NCBI GenBank assembly: GCA_964234715.1
Contig: OZ174291.1
Reading direction: 5' to 3' (one strand)
Origin: Podarcis melisellensis
Taxonomy: Eukaryota
DNA length: 64,000 nucleotides
Shown: one piece after another, positions 13,897 to 26,822 of the stretch
Layout: each line of letters begins with the position of its first letter
How positions within the stretch are numbered: position 1 is the first letter of the stretch
Translations under genes and position numbers: made by a program
Notes under the pieces: generated by a model
Told to the model about the DNA's origin: nothing
Databases searched by the model: none
Seen by the model: the letters and a program-made list of their open reading frames with translations, nothing else

Positions 13897-14033
13897 CAGG
13901 CATAGGCCACCTCGGCCCTCCAGATGTTTTTGAGACTACAACTCCCATCATCCCTGGCTGCTGGTCCTGCTAGCTAGGGATGATGGGAGTTGTAGTCCCA
14001 AAACATCTGGAGGGCCAAGGTTGCCTCTGCCTG
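13897..14033. mobile_element. hAT-type MITE
   Basis: CAGGCATAGG...CCTCTGCCTG TIRs, palindromic body, 8-bp TSD ATCTATAC. Related copies near 32463-32580 and at the right edge (~63916-64000). Confidence 0.82.
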
Positions 14034-16862
14034 ATCTATACAGGTGCCAGGGCAGATAACAAAGCATAAAGTAAACAAATTGCACCATAAGCAGCTATAA
14101 AACAGTCAAATGCAGCAGCTGATAAGCAGAGGCAGCTAAAACCACAGAGCAGGCATAAAATAAATAAAAATAAATCACTGACTTAAATCAGGACTTTGGG
14201 GTGCCCTGGGAAGGATAGGCCCTGAGTTATCTGGGTCCCTGATCAGAATTTAGGTTCTGGGACTCAGTAGTACCAAGCTGCGCGGGCCCATTGAGCAAGG
14301 AGAATAAGAGATAAAGGATCAGCCTTAAGCTGTATGTCTGGAATGTGTAAAGAAATAATAAAGGGCAAGATGCCTTGATGGTGATGTGGGGCATCTCTGG
14401 GTTGCGAGTGATAGCCTCACCTGAGCTCCCTTCGTCCATGTCAGCGTCCTTCTGCCTCCGCTCCATTCCCTCTGCATGGCAAACCCGCCTCGGCCTCGGC
14501 AGTTTAACAGCCCGGTGGCTCTGGCTGGCCGGAATCCCTCTTTGTGAACTGGCCTCATGCATCGCCCGTGATGTCAGCAGGTTCTGGAATGAATGGTCCG
14601 CAGCTGGGGAGGAACCTCTCATTCCTAAGAATTAGACCCTTGCCTCTCCTGGGGAAGACCCCGGGCCAATTTCAAGGGGTTCCTATCCGTATATAAAGCC
14701 CATCTGCTCCAATTCAGCGGCAAATGTGGGTTTTCTCATTGAAACGAACAAAAAGCGCTCAGGAACAGACCTGGAATGCCCAGATCTATACCTAGAAAGT
14801 GCGAAGGAAAGGTAAGCATGGGTGAGCCCTAGTTCGTGGTCATTTATGAAAAGGAATAAACTCTGCATGCACTCATTCAGCTGCAGTTCCTGCATTGCAG
14901 GGGGTTGGGCCCCTTCCAAGCTCTGCATTTTTGTGATTCTATGATTCATGCGCCTTTCTATGTCCCAGCACTGGAAATTGTTTAAGAGCCCTGACCCCGA
15001 GAGAGGCCAAACCTTGAACGTGCCTTTATTGGGTTCACCCACGTTCTGGCTCAAGGCTCTTGGCATGGTCCAAACATAACATATCACAGTACTATGTGAT
15101 TCCCCCACCCCAATCAATATTAGTTAGCCAAGTGAAGGGAGACCTTTGGCTCTGCTTATCCACTCAACTTTCTCTTTCGCTGCAACACGATCTGTCTGTT
15201 GGGTGAGAAGTGGAAAGACTTTTGGGTGTGCATGCAGAGATCACAGCTCTTGTGTTTCACATTTCCTGTTTTGCCTCTAGCAGCGAGGAGTCCTGGGCTG
15301 GCCCTGATCCCCCCCCCTCTTTCAGGTGGTGAGATATAAAGCACACTGTCATGCAATAGCTGAGTTGCAAATAGAACCGCCTAATGAAAATTGGCAGAAA
15401 CATTTGGGACAGGGCCTCACATGGCAGTCCAAAACTCCAGCTGAATGGATGTGAACCTGTCGAGATATATCAGCCGAGTTAAAGATCAAGGTGGGAGTTT
15501 CTGTTTGCTTTTATAGTTCTCCATTTGAAGTTTGAACACCAGCACAGTCCTCACAACCTTTTTCCAGAAGTTAGTGTATAAAGAGGCTAAATGCATTGCA
15601 ATGTGATAGTTGAAACGAGGATTTCTGAAGATCCCCTCCTCCTTCGTGTTCCACTATCCTGACAAATGATGCTCAGCGTGGTTTTGACCAAGGAAAGTTT
15701 AGAAGCAAAAGGAGCCGTTTTTAAAGTCAAAAGTTGCAAAGCCACATGATCTGGATCAACAAAAAGTAACAGCAAACAAAACAGAATGTGCCTAGCGGTG
15801 AGGAGTGCATAGATATTAAATGTCAGTCACAAGCCAGCCAACTGTGATGTTCTAAGGATAATGAATTCATGGGAAATTGGGTAAAAATGGGGGGTGTTTC
15901 AGCCCAAAAGAGCCTTCTGTGGTGGCATGACAATACAAAACCTCAGCGTCTTCAACGAGCCTGTTTGTGGAATATATAAATATGTGAGTAAAGAATGTTA
16001 CAGATTTTCAGCTATTTCCTGAACTTCAATTTGGGAATAATCTGCAAGCTCTTGGAAAAAAATGCAAATCTCACCCCACCCAGTTTAGGGTCGCAAAACT
16101 TCTGTGGCACCTGGGGGGTGGGAGTATCTCCTCTTTTCCGTTCCCCATCCAGGATTTTGATTGGTTTTCCTTTCGCCCCACCCCACCCAACATTTGCTAA
16201 GCTGCCCCTGCTCCCTTTCATTCCCCCTCATTCCACCAGCCACGAAATTCCAATCTGCTGCGTCAGGTTTAAAGGCAGTTCTTTTAAAAAATTTTTAAAA
16301 ATCTCCTCCCAAAATCTGAGCCAAGGGAGAAAAAGCCTCAAAATGAAAGGACAAGATTTTTCCTCCCAAATAAGGGAGCGAGGCATCCTTTGGAAAGCCT
16401 TTCCCTCACAGGCGATGTGGGCCTCATATTTTCCACTGCAAAAGTCCTCCGTTTGGAGGGAGGGAAGGTTGTAGAGAGCACACCAGAACTCTAGAGCTAC
16501 GTGTTGAGGGGGAAGGGAATAAAGTGAGCCACAAAGCGTGGAGAGGAGAAGGGCTATTATCCCTCCACAGAATCGAAAAGTTGGCACCCCAGCGGTCATC
16601 TAGCCCAACCCCCTGCAGTGCAGGAAGCACAGCTAAAAAATCCCTGGCAGGCGGCCATCCAAACTTCTACTTAAACCTCCAATGAAGGAGAGTCCATCAC
16701 CTTCCGAGGGTATCCATTCTACCGCCACAAAGTTCTTCCTAATGTTTAGTCGGAATCTCTCATCTTGTAATTCAATCTGTTGGTCTGAGTCCTTCCCTCG
16801 GGAGAAGCAGAAAACAAGCTTGCTCCATCTTCCGTGTGGCAGCCCAGATATTTGAAGGTAGC

Positions 16863-17205
16863 GGGACGCGGGTGGTGCTGTGGGTTAAACCACAGAGCCT
16901 AGGACTTACTGATCAGAATGTCGGCGGTTCGAATCCCCGCGACGGGGTGAGCTCCCGTTGCTCCATCCCTGCTCCTGCCAACCTAGCAGTTTGAAAGCAT
17001 ATCAAAAGTGCAAGTAGATAAATAGTTACCACTCCGGCGGGAAGGTAAACGGCGTTTCCATACTCTGCTCTTAGTCATGCTGGCCACATGACCCGGAAGC
17101 TGTACGCCGGCTCCCTCTGCCTATAGAGCGAGATGAGCGTCACAACCCCAGAGTTGGTCATGACTGGACCTAATGGTCAGGGGTCACTTTACCTTTTACC
17201 TTTAC
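16863..17205 (+). mobile_element. Sauria SINE
   Basis: Consensus head, core and (ACCTTT)n tail. Confidence 0.88.
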
Positions 17206-18719
17206 CGCATCACCGGCACTGCATGACCTACTGAGGCATGAGGCCTCCTCCGTAAAGGAGGCCCTTGGCAGCCAAAACAGTCAGCTTCCGCTGCTTCCTG
17301 TGGGACAGAAAGGCCTCTTCTGGTGCTCAGGAGGGGTCCCATCCCACTGCCCACCCTGCAGTGTTTTATTGCACAGTGATGTGCTGAGCCGCATCTCCAG
17401 GGGAGGCTGGCTTGCCATGCCCCAAGGGTGTGCCTGGTGCCTGGCAGAGTCAAATCAAGGCAGGTGTGGGAGCAGAGGAGGCAGAGAGAAAGAGACCTGG
17501 CGCAAGCCTGCAGTTCTCTTTCCGCCTGCCCCAGAATCCTTAGAGAGGATCCTTTCTCAATCAGCTGGGCACAATGGCCCCCCTGTGAGGCTGTTTTCCT
17601 CCCCAGCCCCAGAGGCTGCTGTCATGTGAGCCTCCGAAACGGATGGGCCGGCATCCAAAGCCTCCTTTCTGGAAGCAGAGGGCGGCTGGGATTCTTTCCG
17701 GCCCAAGGTCAGGTGATGGGAGACACAGAGGAGCATTGACCACTTTGGGGTGGGGTGGGGAGCGGGGAGGCTCCTCCGAGAGTATGTCCTATCACTCTCC
17801 CCATAAAAAGGACAGAGCCTTTCATAGGCCCCAAGCACTAAAAAGATTGTGGTGCCTTTATCCCCTGTGTAAATTCAAAATGAAAACAATACCAAACAGT
17901 AAAATATTTGTATTTATTTATTTTTTGGAATGATGCAAAATACGTCGAAATGGAGGCATGCGCATGTTATGCGCAACACACGACAGGATCTGGTTTCCTC
18001 ACATTCTGTATTTCGCTCTGCTGCAGGAGGTTAGCCTGCCCACTGCGTAATCCAGCACGGAGTGGGTGCTTTTCCTCATGGAACAGTCTGCAAGGAATGC
18101 CTGGCTGTGACGATTTAGGGCAGGGCAAGGGAAGCTCTGGCCTGATCCTGCTAGGAAGCTGTAGTAAACAGGGCCTCCAATCAGGAAAAGGAAGCCATTG
18201 CTCTCTCAGCGGGGGCCCACGCTTGGGCTGTGGAAACTCCAGGCGCCTGGCCTGACATCATGACACTCTTATGTCCATTGCACAGCCACCAATGGAGCAA
18301 AGGTGAGGAAAGAATGTGTCACTCTGGCCTACATGTGCTGCTGAGTTAGGCCACAGGCCTTGTCATCTCCTTAGCCGCCTGATGCCATCTCTCTTGGGGT
18401 GGGCCTCTAGAACAGCCTGTGGTTCAGCCATAGCCCAGACACCCAGATATGCACCCACCTGGGAATCCCTGGGGTGGGGGCACCATGATCAGAAGTGCCC
18501 TCCCAGTGGGATCAGGCCGAAGGTTCTGCACCCCGCTCTCCTTGAATGGTAGTTGGGAGGAGCCCCCAAGGCTCATCTAGTCCACCTCTGCAATACATGG
18601 ATCACAGTGGACAACAGGGTTGAAAGGCCCCCAGGTCGGAGCTGAAGTCTCTCGGTTTGCCTGGCCCCTTCCTGGTGGCACCGGGGGGGGGGGAGGGGGG
18701 AGCTTGAATCTCCAGGTGA

Positions 18720-18966
18720 AAAAAGACAGTCACGTAACCGAGAAATTACACAAAACAAATGAAATACCGTGAAGATCCCTGAAACTAGAAGTAATTGACT
18801 AGAAATATTATCGTATAGAAATAAACTAAATAATAAAAATCAAAAAGTTTAAGGGGGAAAAACCCTAAACTTTTTGATTTTTATTATTTAGTTTATTTCT
18901 ATAAGATAATATTTCTAGTCAATTACTTCTCGTTTCAGGGATCTTCACGGTATTTCATTTGTTTTG
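18720..18966. repeat. Palindromic (foldback) insertion with 15-bp direct repeats
   Basis: Arms ~18749-18855 and ~18863-18968 are reverse complements with about 2 mismatches and 1 indel. TGAATCTCCAGGTGA occurs at 18705-18719 and 18967-18981. Confidence 0.9.
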
Positions 18967-19758
18967 TGAATCTCCAGGTGAGCGAGAGTGCCTTTAATAG
19001 TAATAGTAACAACAACAACAAACATTATTAAGAAGCTGTGCATTCTTCAGCCCAACAAGGAGCTGGCTGTAAATTGCAACACAGACACACTGGGGAACCT
19101 GCCCTTCTCCTCTCTCTTCCCCTCTCCCAATTAACCTCCATCTCCAGGGCGTGCCCCATGACATCGCTGCAGGCCTCCCTCTGTGACATCACCAGGGGCC
19201 GCCCCAGGATCTCAGGTTTGAGTCCTGAAATCTCAAGGTCTGGGATGCTCTTGAACTTGCAACCCCACTGGCCAACCACATGGCCATTATGGGAAGCCTG
19301 CCATTGTGATTCCCACCACTGCTTTGGGAAGGCCCCAGACCCCACCCTGCCCCAGAGAGCTGCTCCAGAGCCAGAAAGGGCCACTTGCCAAGGAGGAGGC
19401 AGGCACACCCCGTGTCTCTCTCAGCAATGGTTCCTCCATCCAAACAGGCCGGTTTCCATGCCAGGGAAGGAAGCAGAGGCTGGGGACTTTTCCTGTTGAC
19501 TTGGGCTCAATCATCAGCCACAATGAGGCTGTAACAATGGGGGCAGGGTGGCTTTTAACCCTTCACGGGGCAGGGGATGGGGGCTTTTATCCCCACACTT
19601 CTCTGCAAAGCAAGAAAGGAGACAGAGTCCCAGACTGCCTCCATCTCCCCAGCTGTGCCATCGGGGCAGGACAGTGGGGCAGGCGTTTGGAGAGCCCCTC
19701 AGCAGAATGAGCGGTAGGAGGGAGGCAAACCCAGCTGGACCGGCTTAGCACATTTTGA

Positions 19759-20367
19759 TTTTTTTTTTATAAGATATTTATTAAAGATTTTCTTAATACA
19801 ATAGAAAAAACAAACAAAATAACATATAACTTTATAATAGCCATATTTTCTTCGCTTCTTTGGACTTCCTCACGTCTCTCGTTCCTGCGTTCCAAGTTTA
19901 TCAAACTTTACACAGCAATTTATCACCTTATTTCAATTCTTATTTTATAATTTTCCAATATTGTGTCCTTAATTTTAGATAATTTTACCCAAACCTTAAA
20001 AGCTTAATTTTAGCATAATATTTATCCAAAATTTATCTTTTCTTATATTTTCACTTATCTTCATATTCCTTTCAACTAACTTAATGGTGCCATATTATTT
20101 ATAATCTTGCATCTTTCTTAACACTCATACAATTTGCAATATTTTTGTAAATAGTCCTTAAATTTCTTCCAGTCCTCCTCCACAGCCTCTTCTCCCAGGT
20201 CTCGGATTCTGCCAGTCATTTCTGCTAGCTCCATATAGTCTATCAGTTGCATCTGCCATTCTTCCAGTGTGCGCAAATCTTGAGTTTTCCAGTGCTTGGC
20301 GACAAGTATCCTTGCTGCTGTTGTTGCATACATAAAAAATGTTCGGTCCTTCTTTAACACCCTCTGG
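19759..20367 (-). mobile_element. 5'-truncated L1-clade LINE (ORF2 C-terminus, 3' UTR, polyA)
   Basis: ORF ...AARILVAKHWK...LEEW...EEDWKKFKDYL, typical of an L1 ORF2 end. AT-rich UTR, AATAAA and A-tail (T-run 19759-19768). Identical 19-bp TSD CCGGCTTAGCACATTTTGA at 19740-19758 and 20368-20386. Confidence 0.85.
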
Positions 20368-22425
20368 CCGGCTTAGCACATTTTGAAGGAAGGAAAGCAA
20401 AACACACACAACCGTCTAAAGCTGCAATTCCCAGACTCCAGGGACCACAGTTTGGAAGCCCCTGATCAAAAGTGTTGGGGGGCGACTGAGGGAGAGTGCA
20501 TTAAACCCAGCTCCAAAACTATCTCCTTGCCCCACCGCTACTCCTTTTGTTCCTGACTTCTGGAAACTCACCATGATGCATCCAAGACTAGCTCTGCACA
20601 CAAACATGGGTCTGCGTGAGCCGATGGGTGGGGTTCGAGGAGCCAGGCCAAACTGCGAGGCACGCAGAGGCCAGCTCCACCCAGGATCAGGCCAGCTGCT
20701 GTCTGCATGTTCTTGGCGCTTCGGTGATGATGCAGAGCAGCCAGCAGGGAGCTGTTGCTCCGGTGCAAGCCAGATTCCCAACTGCGTACAGCTGATTACA
20801 TGCCTGTAACTTAATCTAGAGAAGACAGAAGACCTGCCTGCTGGGGAGGAATCTTCTGATTCAGGGTTTGGAGCTTAGCCTCAGCACTGGATTCCCCAGA
20901 AGTATGTGTTTAGGGCACCAGCAAAACAAAAGCAGAAAAAAATGATGTTGTTTAAAAAAAAAAGCATTGAAGTATTCAACATGCATGGGAAAAATCAGAA
21001 CTTTGTTAAACTTCCATATTCTCATATATATTTTTATTAAATTTTCTGTTTCACAATTTAAAATACTCATTTGACATCGTTAATATATCAATGACTTCCC
21101 TTCTTCTCTTTCCACGGTTCATTTTACAAATCATAAATCCTTTACAAAAACAATACCATTCAGTATTCCATTATTGCATCCATCAAAACTTGTTTACACC
21201 GTTTTCAGCTAGACTTCCATATTCTCCACTCCACACTTACCTCCCTCCATTGGGCCCCTAATGCTCAGCTTGTTCTGGAGGGTGCTGCGCTCCCCATGCA
21301 GAATCAGGACTGCAACTCTGGCGCAGTGCTTTGGTGGGAAATGGTGGCCTGGGGTGCTTTTTACCAGCTTTGTAATAAGTACGGAGCCGGCCACATAAAT
21401 TCACACCTTGGTAACTTCCGGGATGGGCTGCTGCAATCCATTCTACCTGGGGCTGCCCTGGAAGTCTGTTCAGAACCTCCTATTGATCTAAACACATCCA
21501 ACAGTCCCAGCAATGCAGCACAGGGTATTTAATTTCACCTGTAGTTGCTGCTCCATTTCTGAGCTCCATCCCAAGTGCTGGTCCTAACCTTTTAAATCTT
21601 CTCCTCTCATAGGTTCCCACCACTATGTTTTGATCAAGGCCAGACCCCAAAGTCTTTGCCCTCTGAGGTTTGGCAGTTGGGCTTGTGAGGGGGGTATTCC
21701 TGGTACCTCAGTTGTGGGGCACCCTCCCCAGGGGCCTGGCTCAGTCACTCCCTGCTCCTCAGAACTTGGCTTTTTCCGAGGGAGACTCCGCCCATTTTCA
21801 AAAAGGAGGAAAATGCAAAATATATAGTTCACTCTCACCTAGGAAAACAGGCTGGTGGGGGTGTGTGAAATTTTGCATATTTATTATTTAATTGCTACAT
21901 TTATATCTTGCCAGTGCCTTCCTCCAAGCTGCTCAGGGCAGCAAGCATGAGTCTCTTCCCACCCACCCAGATTTTATCCTCACAACAACCCTGTGAGGTA
22001 GAAACAAAATAAATAAAAAATCATTCCAGTAGCACCTTAGAGACCAACTAAGTTAGTTATTGATATGAGCTTTCGTGTGCATACCAATAACTAACTTAGT
22101 TGGCCCCCAAGGTGCTACTGGAAGGAATTTTATTTTGTTTCGACTATGGCAGACCAACATGGCTACCTACCTGTAACTAAACCTGTGAGGTTCTGCTGAG
22201 AGAGAGGTGTTCCAAGGTCACCCAGTGAACTTCCTGGTTTGAGTGGGGATTTGAACTCGCCATCCCATTGCACTTGCCTGACTTTTGTGCTCTAGCCATC
22301 AGGCCACATTAACTCTGCTTTCCTAGTTACCCCCTTCCACCTTTGTTGACAATTGCTGCTTCTTCTTCTCCTCTTCCTTCCTTCCTTCTCTGGCCAAGGG
22401 CCGCTTGGCAGGGCGGGCGTGGAGA

Positions 22426-22510
22426 GGGACATACTTGTGCCCTACAAAACTGACAGCCAGGAGACAGGAGGGGGACTGGCTGTCAATTCATAGGTCATAG
22501 TAGTGTGCCC
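22426..22510 (-). ncRNA. MIR192: pre-miR-192 (miR-192/215 family) hairpin
   Basis: Minus strand 22498-22478 reads ATGACCTATGAATTGACAGCC (seed UGACCUA, miR-192-type GCC 3' end). The complementary 3' arm CTGTCAGTTTTGTAGGGCACAA and a GGGCAC/GTCCC basal stem are present. Position between EHD1 and ATG2A matches human MIR192. Confidence 0.95.
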
Positions 22511-24055
22511 TCGGTTTGGTTCTGCCTCGGAGCAGGATGCATCGTCCGAGCACCACTTCTTCCTGGTTGACCCATCAGGGGAAATGGGGCACAAAGCCCA
22601 CCTTGGATGCACCTGCAAAGGCCAGAACCACCTCCTATCCATGCTCTTTTCATGGGCAAATGGGCCATAGCTGGCTCCTGTCATTTCCGACAAGGCCAAG
22701 ATCAATGGATCATTGCAGGGGGTTGGACTAGATGACCCCTGGGATCCCTCCCAGCTGCACAATTCTATGAAAGGCAGCTTCCAGTGTTCTCTGGCAGCAC
22801 CCACAGCTCAGTGGGCAGAGCAGCTGCTTGGCATGCAGAAGGTCCCAGGTTCAATGACCAGCTGCTCCCATGATGGTAGCAAGTGATGGAGGGAACAGGT
22901 GATGGAGGAGCCCAGGTGGAGGTAGCAGGTGATGCAGGGGCCTGAGGCACTGGAGAACTGGCTGCCTGCAGAGTAAGCAATACTGGGCCAGAAGGACCAA
23001 CAGCCTGGCCTGGTCTGACAGCATCCTGCCTTTCTGAGGGTACCTCCAGACAAGCTGTTATTGAGCATTGATACAGATTTGTTTTGCCCCCAAATTGCAC
23101 ATGGCTGTTATACGGCATTGCCATCTAGCGGTTGTGATGGGAAACTGCATGGGGAGGGGGGAAGCGTGTGATAATACGGTACTCATATAACCTCACAAAG
23201 GTTTCGTGCATGCTCAGTGAGCATCTTTCCATGCACCTTTTGTGGGAACAAATCAGGAACAACCTCTACAGGATTATTTTGTGTCAAAGTCTTTCCCGGA
23301 CGTCACCAGCCCCACCTCTTCAGTGAAACACCCTCCCACGTGGCTTTGCGGTTTCTTATCAAGCCCTCAAAAATACCCCTTTATCTCCTCCAACAAACGG
23401 TGCTCTAGGCTTGCAGGGCGGCTGCCCATAACACATGTGCCACACAAAGGACAGACAGCAAGGAGGTTTAACAGAGGGGCCAGGGAAATAAATGCATCCA
23501 CCCCCCTCCTGTACGGAAATGGGATTTCTAAAGTGGTCAAATTTAAAAAGCATTGCCTATCAAAATGGCCCTTGGGCTGCTGCATTGCGGGGTGGGGTCA
23601 GGATTCTGCCCTGACCCACAAGGTAGAAAATAAAGCTATATAAAAGGCTTGTTGTTCTGAACAGAATTATAGAATCATAGAATGCTGCGGTTGAAAGGGA
23701 ACCCCAAGTTTCATCTAGTCCAACTCCCTGCAGTGCAGGAATCCCAGATAAGGAATTGCTGACAGATTGGGGCTATCCAATCTCTGTCTAAAATCCTCCA
23801 TTTAAGGAGATTCCACCACCTTCGGGGGTATTCACTCCACTGCCCAACAGACTTTCCCGTCAGGAAGTTCTTCCTAACATTCAGCTGGAATCTCCTCCTT
23901 ATGACTAGATGACCACTAGAGTTCTTTCCAGCCATACAATTCCACGAAACGTCCCGTTACTCACTCTCTCCATCCCTGAGCACATGATCCTCAAAGCGCG
24001 TGGGTCAAAAGATCTTTGTCCTCCTGGTCTCTCGGTGGCATCCAGATGCTTTTTT

Positions 24056-24139
24056 GGGTGCCCATCCAAAATAACAGCCCCCCCACTGGAATGGTTTGAG
24101 GCTTCCACGTGGAGTTGCTGTTACAGCCGATAGGCACCC
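24056..24139 (-). ncRNA. MIR194-2: pre-miR-194-2 hairpin
   Basis: Minus strand 24125-24104 reads TGTAACAGCAACTCCACGTGGA, one substitution from canonical miR-194-5p. The 3' arm CCAGTGGGGGGGCTGTTAT resembles miR-194-2-3p. GGGTGCC...GGCACCC basal stem; clustered upstream of miR-192. Confidence 0.95.
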
Positions 24140-25046
24140 CCTCCCTTGTCTGGGCAGGAGCCCCACACCTCCTTTCAGCTAGTGAGGGGCACTGCAGGCT
24201 GCTTCCACTGGCTGCCTTTTCCATGCTGGAGGGGACGTCTTTGGCCTTTGCTCAGGAGTGACCACGGAGCTGGGGTGTACCTGCAGTGGACAAGCTGTCA
24301 GAGGAAAGGAGGATTAGTCCAATCTCTTTGCAACACATGCGGGCCTTCATCGCCTTCTTCGGATTAAAATTTTACACTCACATATCCAACATACAACATA
24401 CAAATAAGACTTCCCTCCTCCCCTTTGTGGGTCCTATTGTTCATCATTTCCTCCTGCATCTTTTATGATAATCCAAAATATTATACCTCTCCATTGCGTT
24501 GAAAATTCACTACTGTATTAAACTACAAGTGATATTCTAATCCTACTCAAAATTTTAACTGTTTACAATGGTTTTTAAAATAAGTTATAAATTTCCCCCA
24601 TTCCTTATTAAAATTTTGGTCTCTGACTCTTCTGGTCATTTTAGCCATTTTGGCGCAATCCATCAACTTGATCTGCCATTCTTCTCTGGTAAGGACTTAT
24701 TTCCATCTCAGCAGCAATTAAGCACAACCAATGGATTAAGCCATAATGAGTGCCCCCGCACCCCTCGCAGCGTTGTCCCCACAGAGCTAAAGCACTCTGC
24801 CTGATCTTTAGAGATCTTGTCTAAAGAGCAGACAGGAAGATCTTTTACATACAAGACAGATAAAAGAAAGTTATTCACGCAGCGCATAGTTAAACCATGA
24901 ACTCCAGTCCACAGGAGGTGGCAGCAACCACCAGATTGGATTACTTTTTTTAAAAAGGAGTGGGCAAATTTGTGGAGAACGATAAAGCTATTAAGGGTGG
25001 CTCAGAATCAAAGAACAATGGGAGCATGACATAGGCTATGAAATTA

Positions 25047-25413
25047 AAGGTAAAGGTAAAGGTACCCCTGCCCGTACGGGCCAGTCTTGACAGACTCTAG
25101 GGTTGCGTGCTCATCTCACTCTAGAGGCCGGGAGCCAGCGCTGTCCGCAGACACCTCCGGGTCACGTGGCCAGCGTGACGACGCTGCTCTGGCAAACCGG
25201 CACCAGAGCAGCACACGGAAACGCCGTTTACCTTCCCGCTATAAAGCGGTACCTATTTATCTACTTGCACTTAAGGGTGCTTTCGAACTGCTAGGTGGGC
25301 AGGAGCTGGGACCGAATGACGGGAGCTCACCCCACCGCAGGGATTCAAACCGCCAACCATGTGATCGGCAAGTCCTAGGCGCTGAGGTTTTACCCACAGC
25401 GCCACCCCCGTCC
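25047..25413 (-). mobile_element. Sauria SINE (second subtype)
   Basis: Reverse-complement copy with an (AAAGGT)n tail; TSD AGGCTATGAAATTAA. Confidence 0.9.
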
Positions 25414-25515
25414 CTAGGCTATGAAATTAACCCTGCCCAATGGACTAGAATGTGATCTAAACCTCCCTTTAAGTCCGTATCAGCCCCAAAAAGGGAACTC
25501 ACTTTGAAACTCACC

Positions 25516-26822
25516 TACAGGTGAAACTTAGCACCACGGAAACTGGCGCCGATACGCCCAGGAACCTCACCAAGATGTTGGAGAGGCTGTACTTCCGCAG
25601 GCACATACCTCCACATGTGGTGGCAATGCCCTAAAATCCAACCCTTCTGGACTGCAGTCCTACAAGAGATGTGCAAACAGGTATTAGAACTCACCCCAGA
25701 ATTGGCCCTACTGAACATCTTCCAAGATCATAGTGACATTACAGAGAGCTTATAACCCACCTACTCTCAGCAGCCAGAAGCCTCATGGCTAGACACTGCC
25801 AGGAGTAAACATGGACCAATGGTATCAAATTGTATGGGAAATGGCCTGGCTGCAAAAGCTAACCAATAAACTGAAACTGGCATGGGGAGAAATAGAAGAG
25901 GACACCTTCACTCCAGTATGGCTCCCCTTTATCACGTACACAGCCCAACAAGACAATGACAAGAACGCACTGACAGCATACGAATCAATCTGGCTTACCT
26001 GACCCAACAAACCTTCCCCCCCTCCTCACAAATGCAAACAAACCTCACTGCAGACAACCACAGACAACCAGCCACACCCTGCCCCCCTAATACATCTCAC
26101 TACCAAGGAAATGTAATAAACGGATCAAAAGAGAACCTACTCAGTTGACGCTGACACAAACCCCCACATGTAAACTATACCATGGGTAGGCAAACTAAGG
26201 CCCGGCCCAATCGCTTTCTAAATCTGGCCCACAGACGGTCTGGGAATCAGTGTGTTTTTACATGAGTAGAATGTGTCCTTTTACAGTGGTACCTCGTGTT
26301 ACAGACGCTTCAGATTATGCGATTTCGGGTTGCACACCGTGCCGAACCCGGAAGTACCGTAATGGGTTACTTCTGGATTTTGGTGCTTGCGCATGCGCAG
26401 AAGCACTAAATCGTGCGCAAACGCGCCACTGTGGGTTGCGAAAACGGTGTGGGTTACGAACGTGCCTCCAGCACGGATCACGTTCGCAAGCTGAGGTTCC
26501 ACTGTATTTAAAATGCATCTCTGGGTTATTTGTGGGGCATAGGAATTCGTCCTTTTTTTCCTGTTCTTCAAAATATAGTCCAGCCGCCCCGCCCCACAAG
26601 GTCTGAGGGACAGTGGACCAGCCCCCTGCTGAAAAAGTTTGCTGACCCCTGCACTATACGAAAGAATATAAGCCTCCCCACCCCTCCTCAACTTTATACT
26701 GTACTCAGCACTAATGTCTCACAACACATGTAGCTGATTTGTAAGAAAGACTATACAACCTGGAAAAAGAGACAAGGCATGTACTTTTGTAAACCAGTAA
26801 AATCTTTAATAAAAATAAATGA
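25516..26822 (+). mobile_element. L1-clade LINE 3' fragment with nested DNA elements
   Basis: Encodes the CWRGCTSAGTYLHMWWQCPKIQPFW zinc-knuckle region, decayed further on. The 3' UTR ends at AATAAAAATAAA (~26808) and is interrupted by a hAT-like MITE (26181-26651). Confidence 0.75.
26284..26504. mobile_element. Tc1/pogo-type MITE nested in a hAT-like MITE
   Basis: TA-CAGTGGTACCTC...GAGGTTCCACTG-TA terminal inverted repeats (TIRs) with a TA TSD. Confidence 0.8.

Noticed and set aside
14180-14720. ORFs and a CCAAT/TATATAAA pair
   Set aside because: No recognisable protein or consistent splice structure. It may be a transposon or LTR remnant, but I cannot support a call.
19038-19710. Overlapping 120-150-aa ORFs after a strong acceptor at 19147
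   Set aside because: No homology or codon bias that I can detect and no convincing upstream coding exon; at most a non-coding exon.
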